A stretch of DNA of 64,000 bases from NCBI GenBank assembly GCA_964016885.1, contig OZ024744.1, forward strand, positions 81,220,001 through 81,284,000, in the 5' to 3' direction. Under the pieces are notes generated by a model, which ran no database searches, was not told the DNA's origin, and saw nothing but the letters and a program-made list of their open reading frames with translations. Shown piece after piece: positions 37,551-51,400 of this stretch (position 1 is the stretch's first letter; every line of letters begins with the position of its first letter). The position numbers and the translations under genes are program-made. The DNA is from Eledone cirrhosa (Eukaryota).

Positions 37551-38214
37551 TTTAATAATTGTCTCTAATTTAGGCACAAGGCTAACAATTTTTTGGGGGA
37601 AAGGGAAAGTCGATTAAATCGACCCCAGAACATTACTGGTGCTTTATTTTATTGACCCTGTAAAGATGAAAGGCAAAGCTAACCTGGACGGGATTTGAAC
37701 TCAGAACGTAAAGGGCTATAAAAGTATAGTGTCTGATGCTCTACCAATACTGCCAATCCACTGCCCAGTTTAATAATGAAAACATAAGCTATATTACTCA
37801 ATCCTTACAGATTCTGAAATATTTTTCAAAATAACTAGAAATGCACGGAGAGTGTATTTCCTAAGATTATATGGTAACAAAAGGATTAAAAATATCTACA
37901 GCTATCAGAAAACTTGCATGTAGGTGTTGATGTATTCTCAAGTGTAGGGGGAACCTCTCTCACTCATATGCATATGCACATTAAATAAATCGACAATTTA
38001 ACATAAATCTATTAACTTTCCAGTATAACTGCTCGAAATAAAAATAGCTGTATGTGTGTGTGTGGAGGGGGAAGTGTGTGAGTGTGTGGGTGGCTGGCTG
38101 GGTGTAGAAGTGAGGGAATGGGTGGGTGTGAGTGAGTGTGATAAAGTGTAATATTCTCATTTTATAACTATGATTGATTTTAGATTTGTGGAATTTACAA
38201 TCTTGTTTATTATA

Positions 38215-38261
38215 ATGTATATATGTTATGTATTATATATACATGTGTGCATGTGTGTGTA

Positions 38262-38295
<34 letters not shown>

Positions 38296-38396
38296 GATAT
38301 ATATACACACACACAAATATATACATGCACACACACATATATATACATACACACATATATATATACATAGATATATACACACACACATATATACAT

Positions 38397-38433
<37 letters not shown>

Positions 38434-38511
38434 TATACACATATATATATAAAAACATACATATATATATACATATATAAACATACATATATATATATAT
38501 GTATATGCATG

Positions 38512-38547
<36 letters not shown>

Positions 38548-38650
38548 GTATATATATATTCACATGGAAAATAACTGAAAACTTTAGGGAATTATATTAA
38601 AATATGTTATTTCATTAAATTAGGTGATTTAATGTAAATTTTCTGAATAT

Positions 38651-38692
<42 letters not shown>
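38215..38692. repeat. Compound (TA)/(CA)/(TG) microsatellite block near the WDR20 exon
   Basis: Seen directly; it generates the spurious YIYI ORFs. Confidence 0.9.
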
Positions 38693-38694
<2 letters not shown>

Positions 38695-38787
38695 CATTGA
38701 CTTAAGAGGAAACATTGGAAAAATGTGAATTGCAGTTGTTGCAACGTAAATGACTATAATAATAGTACTCATTGACATTGAGACAAC

Positions 38788-38818
<31 letters not shown>

Positions 38819-38887
38819 GTGTGTGTGTATATATATTATTTTGGAGGTCCTAAAATGCTGAATGAACAAAAATCTCCTGTAACCTAC

Positions 38888-39070
38888 CTCTTCATTATAA
38901 AGTTTGCTTATTTCTTGCTTAATAGGATCAATTAGTTGGACTTGGCCAGCAGTAAAGCCAACTAATAACAAGACACTCTCACATGATGCTGACTGATGAT
39001 TGAAGTCATGACAGGTAGGGAATGTTCCTTTATAAATCCTTTTATCTATTGGTTTGGTCAGGTCTGCTGC
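38888..39070 (-). CDS. WDR20: WDR20 internal coding exon (183 nt, phase 0/0)
   Basis: Acceptor TTTTTTGTAG, then AADLTKPIDKRIYKGTFPTCHDFNHQSASCESVLLLVGFTAGQVQLIDPIKQEISKLYNEE, then donor GTAGGT. Joins in frame to RLIDKS at 4001 and matches the recalled WDR20 second exon. Confidence 0.95.
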
Positions 39071-39354
39071 CTACAAAAAAAGCAATAAAAAAAAAGAAAG
39101 GGTTAAGTAATGCAAAAAAGGAACAAAAACGAATGCTTTAACCCTTTAGCATTTACATTACTCTATATTTACTATTCTATTTTCTCGATAAAGGCTTTAT
39201 CTCACATAACATTGAATCTATGAGATTTTAATATTATTTATTTTAAGAACAATACCTTAACTTCAGTATGAGTGGCCAGTTACAGCTGGTTTGAACGGAA
39301 AAAGGTGAGAGAATTCTGGTCAGATATGGCTGGTTATTGCTAAAGAGTTAATGA

Positions 39355-40043
39355 AGAGGTTCTCAAAGTGGTACCACTTCCTGGGGGACAATGAGAAGGT
39401 TCAGGGAGTTGCCGAGGCCTAAGGTCCCGGTGGGGTGCAGTTGAGATGATATAATAGTATATTCAATATCAAATTATACATATTATATATAGAGATATAG
39501 TAAAATAAAAAATATATAATATTTATTTATACATAGTATATATATTATATTATTTATTACATATAAATTAATGATTGTATTTATTATATTATCATCATCA
39601 CCGTTTTAAGTCCATTCTTCCACGTTAACATGAGTTAGAAGGGTTGCCCTGCGGTGGGCAATGCCAGGTCGGCTGACCTTGTCTTGCTCATATGGAAACT
39701 GATTTTGGCTTGATTTCTACAGCTGGATGCCCTTCCTAACACCAACCTCATTTACAGTGAGTACTGGGTGCTTTTTTTTCCATGGCGTCTACACGATCAC
39801 TTTACAGTGTGGGCTGGGTGCTTTTTTGTCATGACATCTTCACGATCACTTTGCAGTGGGAGGGGTGGGGTATATTGTTTATATGCTTCAGATTTGGTTT
39901 GTACCCGTGGGAAGTCGGGTCTTCTGATTATATATTATTTACAATTGTGTATAGGCACGTCTTTCTGGAAGTAGGGGTGAAGGCGTTGAGGGTATTATGC
40001 AGTCATGAGAGGGGCAGTGGCCCAAAAAGTTTGAGAACCTCTG
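39355..40043. mobile_element. hAT-like MITE with a nested RTE-tail repeat (39590-39930)
   Basis: Termini agaggttctcaaa / tttgagaacctctg. Confidence 0.55.
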
Positions 40044-41430
40044 GTTTAATGGCTTCTAATTTTGAGAAGGTCAGCAATTTTGTTTTAGAATGAAGGAAGT
40101 GGGGAATGGAATGCTGATTATATCAACCACAGTACATGGCTGGTACTTTATTTTATGGACTTCAGAAAAATGAAAGGCAAAAATACATCTTGGTGCGGTT
40201 TGAACTCCGAATTTAATGAGACAGTCAAATACTGCTAAGCATTTGTCTAATGCACTAATTAATGGCTTCTGATTTAGGCACAAGGCCAACAATTTTGGAG
40301 GAGGGAAAAATCAATTAAATTGACCTCAGTACGTTACTGGTACTTTATCTTAACCCCCGTAAGGATGAACAGTAAAGTTAACCTTGGCGGAATTTGAACT
40401 CAGAAACGTAATGCAATAATAACATTAGAAAAAAAAACAATGTTTTAACCCTTTTGTTATCATATTTCTAATGAAAGACATTACCTATGATTTTCAAATC
40501 ATTTTGAAAATAATTGAGAACTTAGAAGAGATTTAGTAAGATAACTAGCTTTCTCATTAAATTGGTGTTTTGAAATATAATTTAACAAATGTTCTTACAT
40601 AAAATTATGATAGGTTTTTATTAAATATATATATATATAGAAACAATTCAAGATAAATAACTTAGTATCATAAAACCTGGACAGGCTGGCAGGACCCCAT
40701 GACAAATTTCTCCATTTTCTCTAACAGTTGCACACATCAGCTTTCACATCTTCCTACATCATCTTTAGTCATGGCTTTCTTGGTCTTACCCTTTTACTTC
40801 CTTCTCCATCCATTTCCATCACTCCTCTCACTCAGTTACTTTCATCCTTCTTCAACACATGAACCAACCATCCCATTTCACTTCACAAGTATCATCACTG
40901 GCTCTCACTCAATCATTTTCATCCTTCTTCAACACATGACCCAACCATCTCATTCCATTTCTCTTCACGACATTCATCACTGGTTCTAATCTCATCATCC
41001 TCAGCAATTCCGTGTTTGTCTTCCTCTCACTCACTCTCACTTCTGTTCTTTCCAGCCTTCACCACTGTTCCATGTTCATCACCAATGTCCTCTAAATCAT
41101 GTCATGGTGAGTATAATGAGAATATAATAACAAGGTACAAACTTGTTGGGGGAGTAAAAAACCCCCCAACAAAACAAAGTTAACAAACAATATTAAAAAA
41201 CTAATGAGTCCACACCATCAAAATTAATGAAGATTCACATGTACTTGGTGTGGCAATAAAGTCTTTAACATAGGTTAAGAGCCATATATAGCAGTAAATG
41301 TAGTTAATATTAGTTGGAATTTGAACTATGTTGTACATGTGTGACATTCTGTAAGAATGCTGTATTTTGTCATAGGCCCATGCATAATTATTTTGTTGTC
41401 ATTCTTGTGAGTTTATAATACACGCATCAA

Positions 41431-41665
41431 ATGGATTTAAGTCAAGAAAATTTTAGAGCATATGTTTCCATTGAATGGAAATGAAGCAAATCAGCAACAA
41501 ATATTATTGCACAATTAAAGGAGAGTGGAATTAACAACGTTCCAGCAAATTCAACCATTTATTATTGGGTAAAACAATTTAAAGATATCAGTAGATCATC
41601 ACTTATTGATGTTCCTCGCTCTGGCCGTCCTTGCACAACCATTATTCATGCCAACGTATCAAAAT
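41431..41665 (+). pseudogene. Mariner transposase N-terminal HTH remnant
   Basis: MDLSQENFRAYV...STIYYWVKQFKDISRSSLIDVPRSGRPCT, with one internal stop. Confidence 0.75.
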
Positions 41666-42544
41666 AATCATTGTGTTGCATTGCACATGTTACTGAAATA
41701 AACAAAGAAGTATGAGCAAGACGCAATAATCTGATCTCACAACCGGACAACTCATCTAACCCATGCTAGTATGGAAAAGTGGATGTTAAATGATGATGAT
41801 GATGAGAGAAATACATGATACTTATTTTCATATTAGATGAATATATGTATCTCCCTTGTCCCTGTTCAATACATCTGATGTTCCTAATTTAAAATTTAAA
41901 TCTTCCACCACCCAGCAGAGACCAAAGTTGATAGTCAGATTAGCTTATATCTTTTCTGCTGTTTTCTGTGCATTAATAATAACCCACTTCTAACTAACTG
42001 CACATACACCTACACTGATGATACCAGCTTTTACTCCTCCCCACTTATAACCACCTACAGACATAAAAGTAGCATGCATACACAACATAGACAACTCATG
42101 TCAAACATCCATTCATCCCACTGCCCCCCCCCCCCCCCCCCCCCAGGAACAGAGACCTCAAAAACATTCTTCAATGACAACTGCTACATAGATCAAAGAA
42201 ACACATCCTACTCATGAATGATATGTAACTAAAATACCTGTCACGAATGATATGCCTACTCACAATCCATGATGACCTTTCATTGTGACCTCAGAGAACA
42301 TTGCCAAAACTGCATTACAAGTATTAAGATTCTTTCATTATCATATTTCTAATGAAATACACTGCTTATGATTTTCAAAACATTTTGAAAATAATCAAGA
42401 ATTTGGAGGAATTTAGTAATATAACTAACTTTCTTATAATTAAACTGGCATTTGGAACACAAGGATCTTACATAAAATTATGATGGAAGGTTTTTAGATA
42501 AATATAAACAAACAAGGAAAATAAATGGGTCGGTTAGGGCCTAC

Positions 42545-42980
42545 TCTATGCAGACCCAATTGAGGGACCAGTCATAAAAGTTGGCAGCAGTATGATAGAT
42601 AAAGCAATTAAAGACATGAAGGTAGGGGAGGCAGTTTGACTATCTGATATAGTTGCTAAGATGCTTAAAGCATCTGGCATGGTAGGATATGAGCTAGTCA
42701 GATGCATAGTTAATGTAGTAGTGCAGGATGGTGTCACACTCAACAACTGGTGCAGCAGAGCCATTGTAAATTACTACAAGGGCAAGGAAGACACTTTAGA
42801 GAAAAGTAACTACAGATGAATCAAGTTAATTTACCAGGTCACGAAAGTTGCTGAAAAGGTTATAGGACAACTAATTAGGGACAGAATCAAGTTAGATAAG
42901 ATGCAGTTTTGATTTATGCAAGGTTATGGCACTACTGATGCCCTCTTTCTGTTGAGAAAATTACAAGGGAGGTACTTATT
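42545..42980 (+). mobile_element. Older RTE RT fragment
   Basis: DPIEGP...KAIKDMK...YKGKEDTLEKSNYR...TTDALFLLRKLQ. Confidence 0.8.
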
Positions 42981-45156
42981 GCACCCTAGTAGCTATCCTT
43001 CACCCATATGCACCCCACCCCATCCATACCCTCTCCACCATCACTCCTTAGCTATTCTTTCTATCACAACACCTACCCTTCCTAGCATTGTTCTCTCCAC
43101 ACCACCACTTCAGCAATTTCACCACATCCCCTTCCTCCAATGCTATCAAGTCATCTCTACCTCTTCCATACTGTCAAATCTTTCTATCATCTCCTCCTCA
43201 CAGAGCAGGGAGGGCTCTTCTGTTGGAAACAAGGATCAACAACCTCTCTAGCTTTGGGTGCCATGAAAATGCACCCTGTGCACCTTGTAAGGGGGTTGGC
43301 GACAGGAAGGGCATCCCACTGTAGAAACCATACCTAAAAAATGTTTAGAGGACCATTTAGTTGTGTCAAGGACATGATAACCTCTAGTGTTGGTGATCTG
43401 TACAATAAATGCACCCAGTACATGCTGTAAAGTAGTTGGTGATAGGAAGAACATCCAGTTGCAGAAAACTTGCCAAACAAAGAGTTGGGAAGACTTTTCA
43501 ATGGCATTAAAGACATGACAGCCTCTTTTGTACACTCAGTAGAACATGAGACAATATCTAAGCGAGATACAAACCCCTCCAGCCTGTATGGGAGGTCAGT
43601 ATCCCTGATTCAGTACTGACTTGGTCTATATAAACCCATCCAACCATTGCTAGCAGGGAAAGCAGATGATGATGATGATGATAAACACTTTAAAACAGTT
43701 TTGTACCATGAAATTAAGGGGTGGTGGTTTCAGGTAGTTTTTTTTTTTTTATATCAAAAGGATTAAGGCCAGAAAATATGTTAACCCTAAGCAGCTGCTG
43801 GCCTTCTAACAAGTGCATGTGTGTCTCACATTACAGCATTGTTCACAGATGCAGAGATACACTTCTAATGTTATATTATAAATATATACAAAACATCATC
43901 TAAAAGAAGTTGGCAAAGTTTTCTGGAGATGGGCCGGTTTGGAAATGTTTTTACATCTTGGAAGCCAAGACAAATAACAAATGAAACCTTGATCATACAA
44001 GGCTATAGAAACAACTTGTTATTTTTGTTTTAAATTACTTTAATGTTTTTCATTGTAAGTGTTTAATATAGAAATAAATGTTTTCCAGTAAAATAAATGT
44101 TCTTTTGCTTTTGTTCCATTCATTTAGGAAAGTGAAGACATTTACTGTTTAAAATTCCACAACAGGACAATAATTTTTTTTATTACCAAGTAGAGGGATT
44201 TCATTTTCTCTTTGTATTATTATCATTTGGATAGGCAGTATTGGTAGAGAGGCGGACAACATGCTTTGTGGTATAAAGTTCCTTTACGTGTTGAGTCCAA
44301 ATGCAACCGAGGTTAACTTTGCTTTTCATCCTTATGGGGATCGATAAGATTAAGTACTAGTAACACACTAGGGTTGATTTAATAGACTTTCCCCTCCCGC
44401 CAGGATTGCCAGCGTTTTACCTAAATCAGAAACCATTATTTGGATTGACAGTATCAGTTGAGAATCGGACAACATGCTTTGTAGCATATAGTTACGTCCC
44501 TTTATGTTCTGAATTCAAATCCCACTGTGGTTAGCTTTGATTTTCATCCTTTCAGGGTCGATAAAATAAAGTACACTGGAGTCAATTTTATCAACTTTCC
44601 CTTTTACATCAAATTGCTGGCCTTGTGCCAAAAGTAAAAACACTCATTATTATTAATAAACAAAGAAACAAGTCATTTTACAAAGCATTGAGCGAATTCT
44701 AATATTGAAAGTATGTTAGCTTTACCATATTGTAAGTGCTACAACGCAGGTTCTGACTATGAAAATTAGTTGATCAAATTGGGCAGTATCATTTGGGGCC
44801 ACTACAAAATTGAAAATTTTTTTTCCATACCAAAGACTGAGAAGGAAAACAAAAGATATTTATATACAATATCACATATTCAATGATATCCATGGGGTAG
44901 ATGAAATGAAGTTGCAGGTCATAGTTTGTTGACATCCTCTGTGATACAATATACTCATCATCATCACTTAATGCCCACTTTCCCTGCTAGCAAAGATTGG
45001 AGTCAATACTGATGTGGGGCTACTGACCACCCAGACAGGCTAAGGGTTATACTACAACTAAAAAATCACCCCATGTCCAGTTTCTACTTCTTTCCATTTC
45101 TCCCACTCTTTCAAGAGTCTCTCTCTGCTGTTCTGAAGTTGCTAACTACATACAAT

Positions 45157-45499
45157 GGAGGCGCATGGCTTAATGGTTAGAGCATTGGCCTTGCAATCGA
45201 AAGGTTGTGAGTTCAATTCTCAGACCAGGTGATGTGTTGTTTCCTTGAGCAAGACACTTTATTTCACATTGCTCCAGTTTACTCAGCTGTAGAAATGAGA
45301 TGATAGGGACAGGAGTCCCTATAATTCCACTGCAAAGTGGTCGTGGAGGTGCCACGGCAAAAAAGCACCCAGCACTCACTGTAAATGAGGTTGGTGTTAG
45401 GAAGGGCATCCAGCTGTAGAAATTAAGCCAGCATCAGTTCCCGTCCCACCCTTGCAAGCATGGAAGAAGTGGACGTAAAATGAAATGATGATGATGATG
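45157..45499 (+). mobile_element. tRNA SINE family A, full length
   Basis: Near-identical to 1294-1633; possible short TSD atacaa. Confidence 0.9.
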
Positions 45500-48400
45500 A
45501 TACAAATTCTGCTTTGGCTTACTCTATGCACCAGCTTCTTCCTTTTTTTGTCATCCTTATTCCATTTCAAACCCACACTAAATACTTTTTTTTCATCCAA
45601 TCATAATTCCCCAGAGCTTTATCCTCCTGGAATTCCTTTCTAACCAATATTTTCCCCCTATAGGCAATGAATAACATACAAAGTACAAAATGACATCATC
45701 TGCATTGATTTTACTAGTATAAACCAACAAACTCATGCATGCTGCACCTCCTCTTCTCACTATTCAATAAAAGTATACATTCACACACACACATCAGATC
45801 AATATAAGTATCAAAAGTTTTCAAAATTAGATTAAAATCTTGATTTTTTTTTTTCTTCACTCTTTATTGGTATTGGCAAATTTTCTATACATGAACTTAT
45901 TTAGCCTTGCAAAGAAATTGAAGAGAAAACAGAAGAGTAATGAGTTAAAGATCCATCAATTCTAGTCATGAAATCTTTCATATATTTTATCATTTAATCT
46001 ACTTCTGTATGATTCAAGTCACCAACTTCTAATGGGCCTCCCTGGCAACTGAAGGTATTCGTTTCACATGTTCTCTTAGTGCTTAATTCTCCTGTACATC
46101 TATCACGTATAAAGTCTGGTGGGAGGTTACACAAAGAGAGGCAAAGAGCATATATGCTTTATACATGAAAGTCTTGATCCCTTGTAATTCCTGGAGACAT
46201 TATTTAATTAAATAGCACAATATTTAACCCCTTCAACACCAATCTCCACAAAACAGCTTCGGTTTCTAGGAAATAAAACCAGTCATTTCAAAATATTCCT
46301 ATCAAACATAATTTTATATAAAAACATTTTGTTGTTACAAATACCATTCTTGATGAAATTATAACTTTAGTAAATTCTTCCCACATTCTTCATTATTTAA
46401 TTGAAATATGGTAATGAAAGGGTTAAGACAGGAGTCCCCAAAGTAGTAGATATTAACCCCCAGGGGTTGATGAGATTACACAGGGAAGTTGAACTTTATA
46501 GCCAAAACCTGACATTTGTATAAGAAATGAAAATACATAAAATAACATAATAATATACTATAAAGGCATATGGTCTTATGGTTAGGATGTTGGACTCATG
46601 ATCATAAAGTTGTGTTTCATTCCTCAACCAGGCAGCACATTATGCCCTTGAGCAAGATTCTTCATTTCACATTGTTCCAGTTCACTAAGCTGGAAAAAAT
46701 GAATACCAACAGCAGCAACTGCTGGTGGTTAACATGTGCAATGGACTAGCATTTGTTTAAGGATTTAGTGGGTAGTCTTTTTATGGTAAGGCTATAGTTT
46801 GCCTCATTAAAACACCCAAGAAACCTATGAGATGCAACCATAGATGTGAACTATAACAACAACAAACTTGCCAATACAGGTTTCTGATTTATGTATAATT
46901 CATCTGCACTGCCTAATTTATATTCCATTGACTGAAATATTTATTTACTTATTTTTGTACATACCTGAGATTAATTGGAGTTTGGGGTGTCAAGGATTTC
47001 ATGAAGGAGCCAATAGTCTAAAAGGTATAAAGACCTCTGAATTAAAGGTTGCTTAACCCATACTTATATAGACAATTCCTCAGCCAGCTTAATTTTAATA
47101 AGACATTAAAGGAAACAAAGACCGTTTTAGGGAGAAAATAGATTTATACAGAAAAAACAACAACAAAAACTGATCAACTTTTGTTGAATTTTGTTAAAAA
47201 GGCACCATATCTTATGAAACCCACTTTGAGAAACACCGGAACATAATAATTAAAAAAAACTTGAAGCGGTCTAGTAAAATATCTAAATCTAACCTTTTGG
47301 TTAATTGCTATAGTTAGGCAGCATTTGGTGCATAATTTAATAAAAAGATTTCACATAAAATTATGATAGAATGTTTTTTTATTTAAATATAAGCATTTTT
47401 TAATCAGGTGATTTTTGTACCATAGAACCAGGAGTGATTTAAAGAAGTTTGGTAACAAATGGGCTAGAGTAGAGATTCCCTGACCTTTTAGACCATAGAC
47501 TGGTATGTACAAAAATATATAAGTAAATCAGTAAACAGAATCTTGGGTAATGATTGAAAGAATACAATAGAGTGTATAGCTCGAAAATCAGAGTCACTCC
47601 AGATAGAACCACTACTTTTCTGAATTGAGAGATCACAGTTCCAATACTATGGGCATATGGTTAGAATGTCTCAGGAAAAGATTCGATGAACAGATTTTAC
47701 GGGTAGACCCTCAAGCAAGATGGTTGGATAACATCCATGAACTTGGCTGGTCTCACTGGGGATCCAGCTGGATCAGTTGCTTCTGACAGGACCCTGCTGG
47801 AAGGAGCGTTTGAGGACTTTGCTCCCATGACTCTCAAGAATAAGGAGGAGGAGAAAACAGAATAATAAATAGCTTACAACAACTAATTATATATCAATCA
47901 GAGGCCTGTATAAGAACGTTTTTAATTGTATTGTTTTATGTTATTTTCATTTCTTATATACAGATATTAAGTTTTGGCCTAAAATTTCAATTTGAAGGAT
48001 TTAGTAATATAACTAACTATCTCATTTTTAAGTTGTTTGTTAAATAAGTTCTTGTTCTTACATTAAATTATAATGGAAGTGTTTTTTTTATTTTAGATAA
48101 ATACAAATACTTAAAAACAAATAATTTTGTAATTCATAGAAAAATAAAAAAAAACTCAGTGCAAGGATAGCTATTAAAACAGTCAAACACTGCCAATGAC
48201 AGCATCATCCGGTAAAAATACCTCAAAGGACAGAAATCAGAGGTTGGTGGTCAGTAAAGAGAAAAGCAAAGCTGAGAGTTGGGTGACAGAGATTGAGAGA
48301 GAAAAGTGTGTCAGCACATAGTAGTGATAGGAAGAAAAAAGTTTGTATTGTAGAATCAGGGGCAATCTCAACCAAGCTTGGCATTAATGAAGCTAACCCT

Positions 48401-51400
48401 TTGAAGTAAAATACTTAACTCAAAATAATCTCATTCGATATTTATAAAGAATACATTTTTACTAGTTTGGGGTAATTTGAGAGCATTGCACTCTGACCTC
48501 TAACCAAGAGATAATTCAAGTTACAAAGGTCATTTTCCACTATTCAAAATAAAAGTTGTCCACACACACATGAACATTATGTCCACTTAAAGATTAACAT
48601 AAGAATGAATGAGCTTTTCAAAACTTTAAAAAATAAATTGTATATTATTACTGAAGCATAAGAGCACTTATTATTAAACACACACACACACATGTACATG
48701 TACAATGAAAGATAAAAAGGTACTTATATACACCACTTATATACTTTTCAATAGTTAAACCTTTATTATGTAGTAATCTACATGTTACATTATCATTCAT
48801 TACCTATTATAAAGAGAAAGGCATATAATTACTAAATTTGTGAAAACTACTCAAATGGTTAGAAATTGGAACTCAGCTTATTTGACATAATTATCACTGG
48901 TTTCCCCCACAATCCACCCCATATCATTTTGTACTATTGTATTTCCAAACAGGAATTTGAAAATTGGCGTGTAATTAATTCTTATAACATTAACGGTAGA
49001 TTTGTCTGGAAGTAAAACAATACAAATAATATTTGTAAGCCATTAAAGATAACAAATAAAAATATATGTTGAATAACTATATTTTCAAGTTGCTAAATTA
49101 ATTACTGTATATAAGCCAACCCCTTATTTTATGTCAGAGAAATGGGCAAAAATCCAAACTCCATTTATAAGCTGAGGCAGATAATTAACACAGTTGATGC
49201 ACTTGTGTATGCATGTATGTGCAAGGGATATTTATATATAAAAAGTTTATTTATATAGAATTTGAAATTGGTGAAAATCATCAAAATACTAATCCTGAAT
49301 ATACCCGCACCCCAGTTTACCAAATTTATTTTTGTCACATACTTCTTAACTTACATGCGAGTATATAAGGTAACACAAAACAACATTAGTAAGACATTCT
49401 TGAAAAGTACAGTACAGCAATATGACTATCATATTAAAAATTGAAGTGTTTAGTGTAAATTTTCATAAAGATCTGTGTACTAATAATGATACTATAAACT
49501 TTGGAATTAACAAGATCATTACAGAATTAAGAGTTAAATGGCCTTGTTTCTGAAGTATATAGATTTAAAACTTGTGTGGCACAATAAGAAACTAATAATT
49601 AGAGCTAAGAGTCATGAATTATGAGAAACATGTTATCAAAAATATCCTATTTATGGATAAAATAGAGTGTTACCCACCATATGATGGGTAATTTGGAGAG
49701 TATATGTTTGCCACTCATATAAGACGTGTGGCTTAGTGGTTAGAGAATTGGATTTGCAATCGTGAGGTTGCGAGTTCAATTGTCGGACCGGGTGATGCGT
49801 TGTGCCCTTGAGCAAGAGATTTTACTTCACGTCGCTTCTTCTGCCAGGAGTTGCGACTGGTAGATAGTATCAGCAATGGAAAGATCGATCAAAACAAAAG
49901 TTTCCTTGGTCCAATTTGACGAGGTTCCCCCCATTTAGCATGCAAATGAGGTCTGGGATGTTGTTGATCGATCAGAACGATGTTTGCCACCAAGGGTAAC
50001 ATCAGGTAATGGTACGTAAGTGAGATTATCGTCATCATCATCACCATTTACCATCTATTTTTCCATGCTTGCATGAGTTAGATGGGTTGTCACATTATGA
50101 GACAAGTAAGGTCTGGAGACCATGTCTTGCTCACACAAATCTGTATTTTGGCTTGGGTTCTACAGCTAGATGCCCTTCCACATTATAGTGTGGACTGGGT
50201 GACTTTTATCAAAAACATCAATCGAACAGGGTGAAATAATTATAATTATTTGTTTTATTCCATGGTGCTTGTACAAAATGATAAAATGAATAATTTTGAA
50301 AATAAAAATAGTTATTAACTTAAAATAAATAATGTTCTAATTCCCTACAGCTGCATTTGGCTAAATAATTCATACCATTGCTCGCACTTAAGCATTACAT
50401 ATATAGTATTAAAGAAAGCTGTGATTTGAGAAAAGGGAGAGGAAAGAAATGAAATATACATTTTGCTTCCATTTGTCAAAACAAAAGAAGAAAGAATGGT
50501 AGGAAAATGTCACTTGGTGCAAACTCTAAGCATTTGCTCTTCATTCATAAGTTCCTACATAAAAAAAATATATTAAATAATCTGTTCTCCTGTCTCCACC
50601 CACTTTTCTCTCTCTCTCTCTATATACATATATATATTTATACATATATATATGAGAGAGAGAAGTGGGTGGAGACAGAACTGATTGTTTAATACACACA
50701 CACACACAACAGGTTGTTATTTAATTCAGTGAGAATATTTTTGGCATTCCAATCGTGATGAAGAAACAGAAGTTACAAGCTGTACATTATATTAATAGAT
50801 GCCTTCAAACTGTGAAAATAAAAGCTGATGTAGTAGTTATATTATTAGGTGCTCATAGAGCATCTGTATCATTTTAGTGAATTTCTTTGGACCACCCAAA
50901 TTTCTTGTCAAATCTTTACATCTGACAATATAAAAAAAAAAAATTGTAAAGATTACAAGTATAATAGATAATGAACAGTGATATCTTTCATTCATGTATT
51001 TTTTTCCTTCAAATTGTTGCAAGCAGAATAAAATATTTGTAGTAAATTTCGAAAAAAATAAACCAGAGGGAAATTTGATGTAGTTTCTGAAAAACACCTT
51101 AGAGCTATGAGTGTATTTAGCTCAATCAAAAAGATACTAGAAAAAGTCTTGACTAGAACTCACAAAAGAATTCTCCTGCAATCACTATAGATATTCTTTC
51201 ATGACATTCATTTTGAAAGGAATACTCAGCTGATCAGGTACCATGATAAAGTTGTATTGGATTGCACTCATAGTCTTTATAGGCCTTCAGAAACTGTTGA
51301 TGTTATGTTATGTTGAAATTGTTGCAGGTTCTCTCCTTTAACCCTTTAGCATTTACATTACTTTATATTACTTTATATTTGCTATTGTATTTTCACAGTA

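Larger units (their letters stand above)
4002..38887 (-). other. WDR20: WDR20 intron, 34,886 bp, GT-AG
   Basis: Canonical donor and acceptor join NEE|RLID in frame; the interior is mostly repeats. Confidence 0.85.

Noticed and set aside
38170-38563. YIYI/VCVC ORFs (also ERER, SLSL and poly-V/T ORFs at 18872-19218, 20625-21052 and 58145-58702)
   Set aside because: Translations of simple repeats.
41900-42330. Old APE-LINE remnants (also ~18770-19330, 45500-45710, 51590-51900)
   Set aside because: Suggestive (for example a YTDDT motif) but too decayed to assign clade or boundaries by eye.
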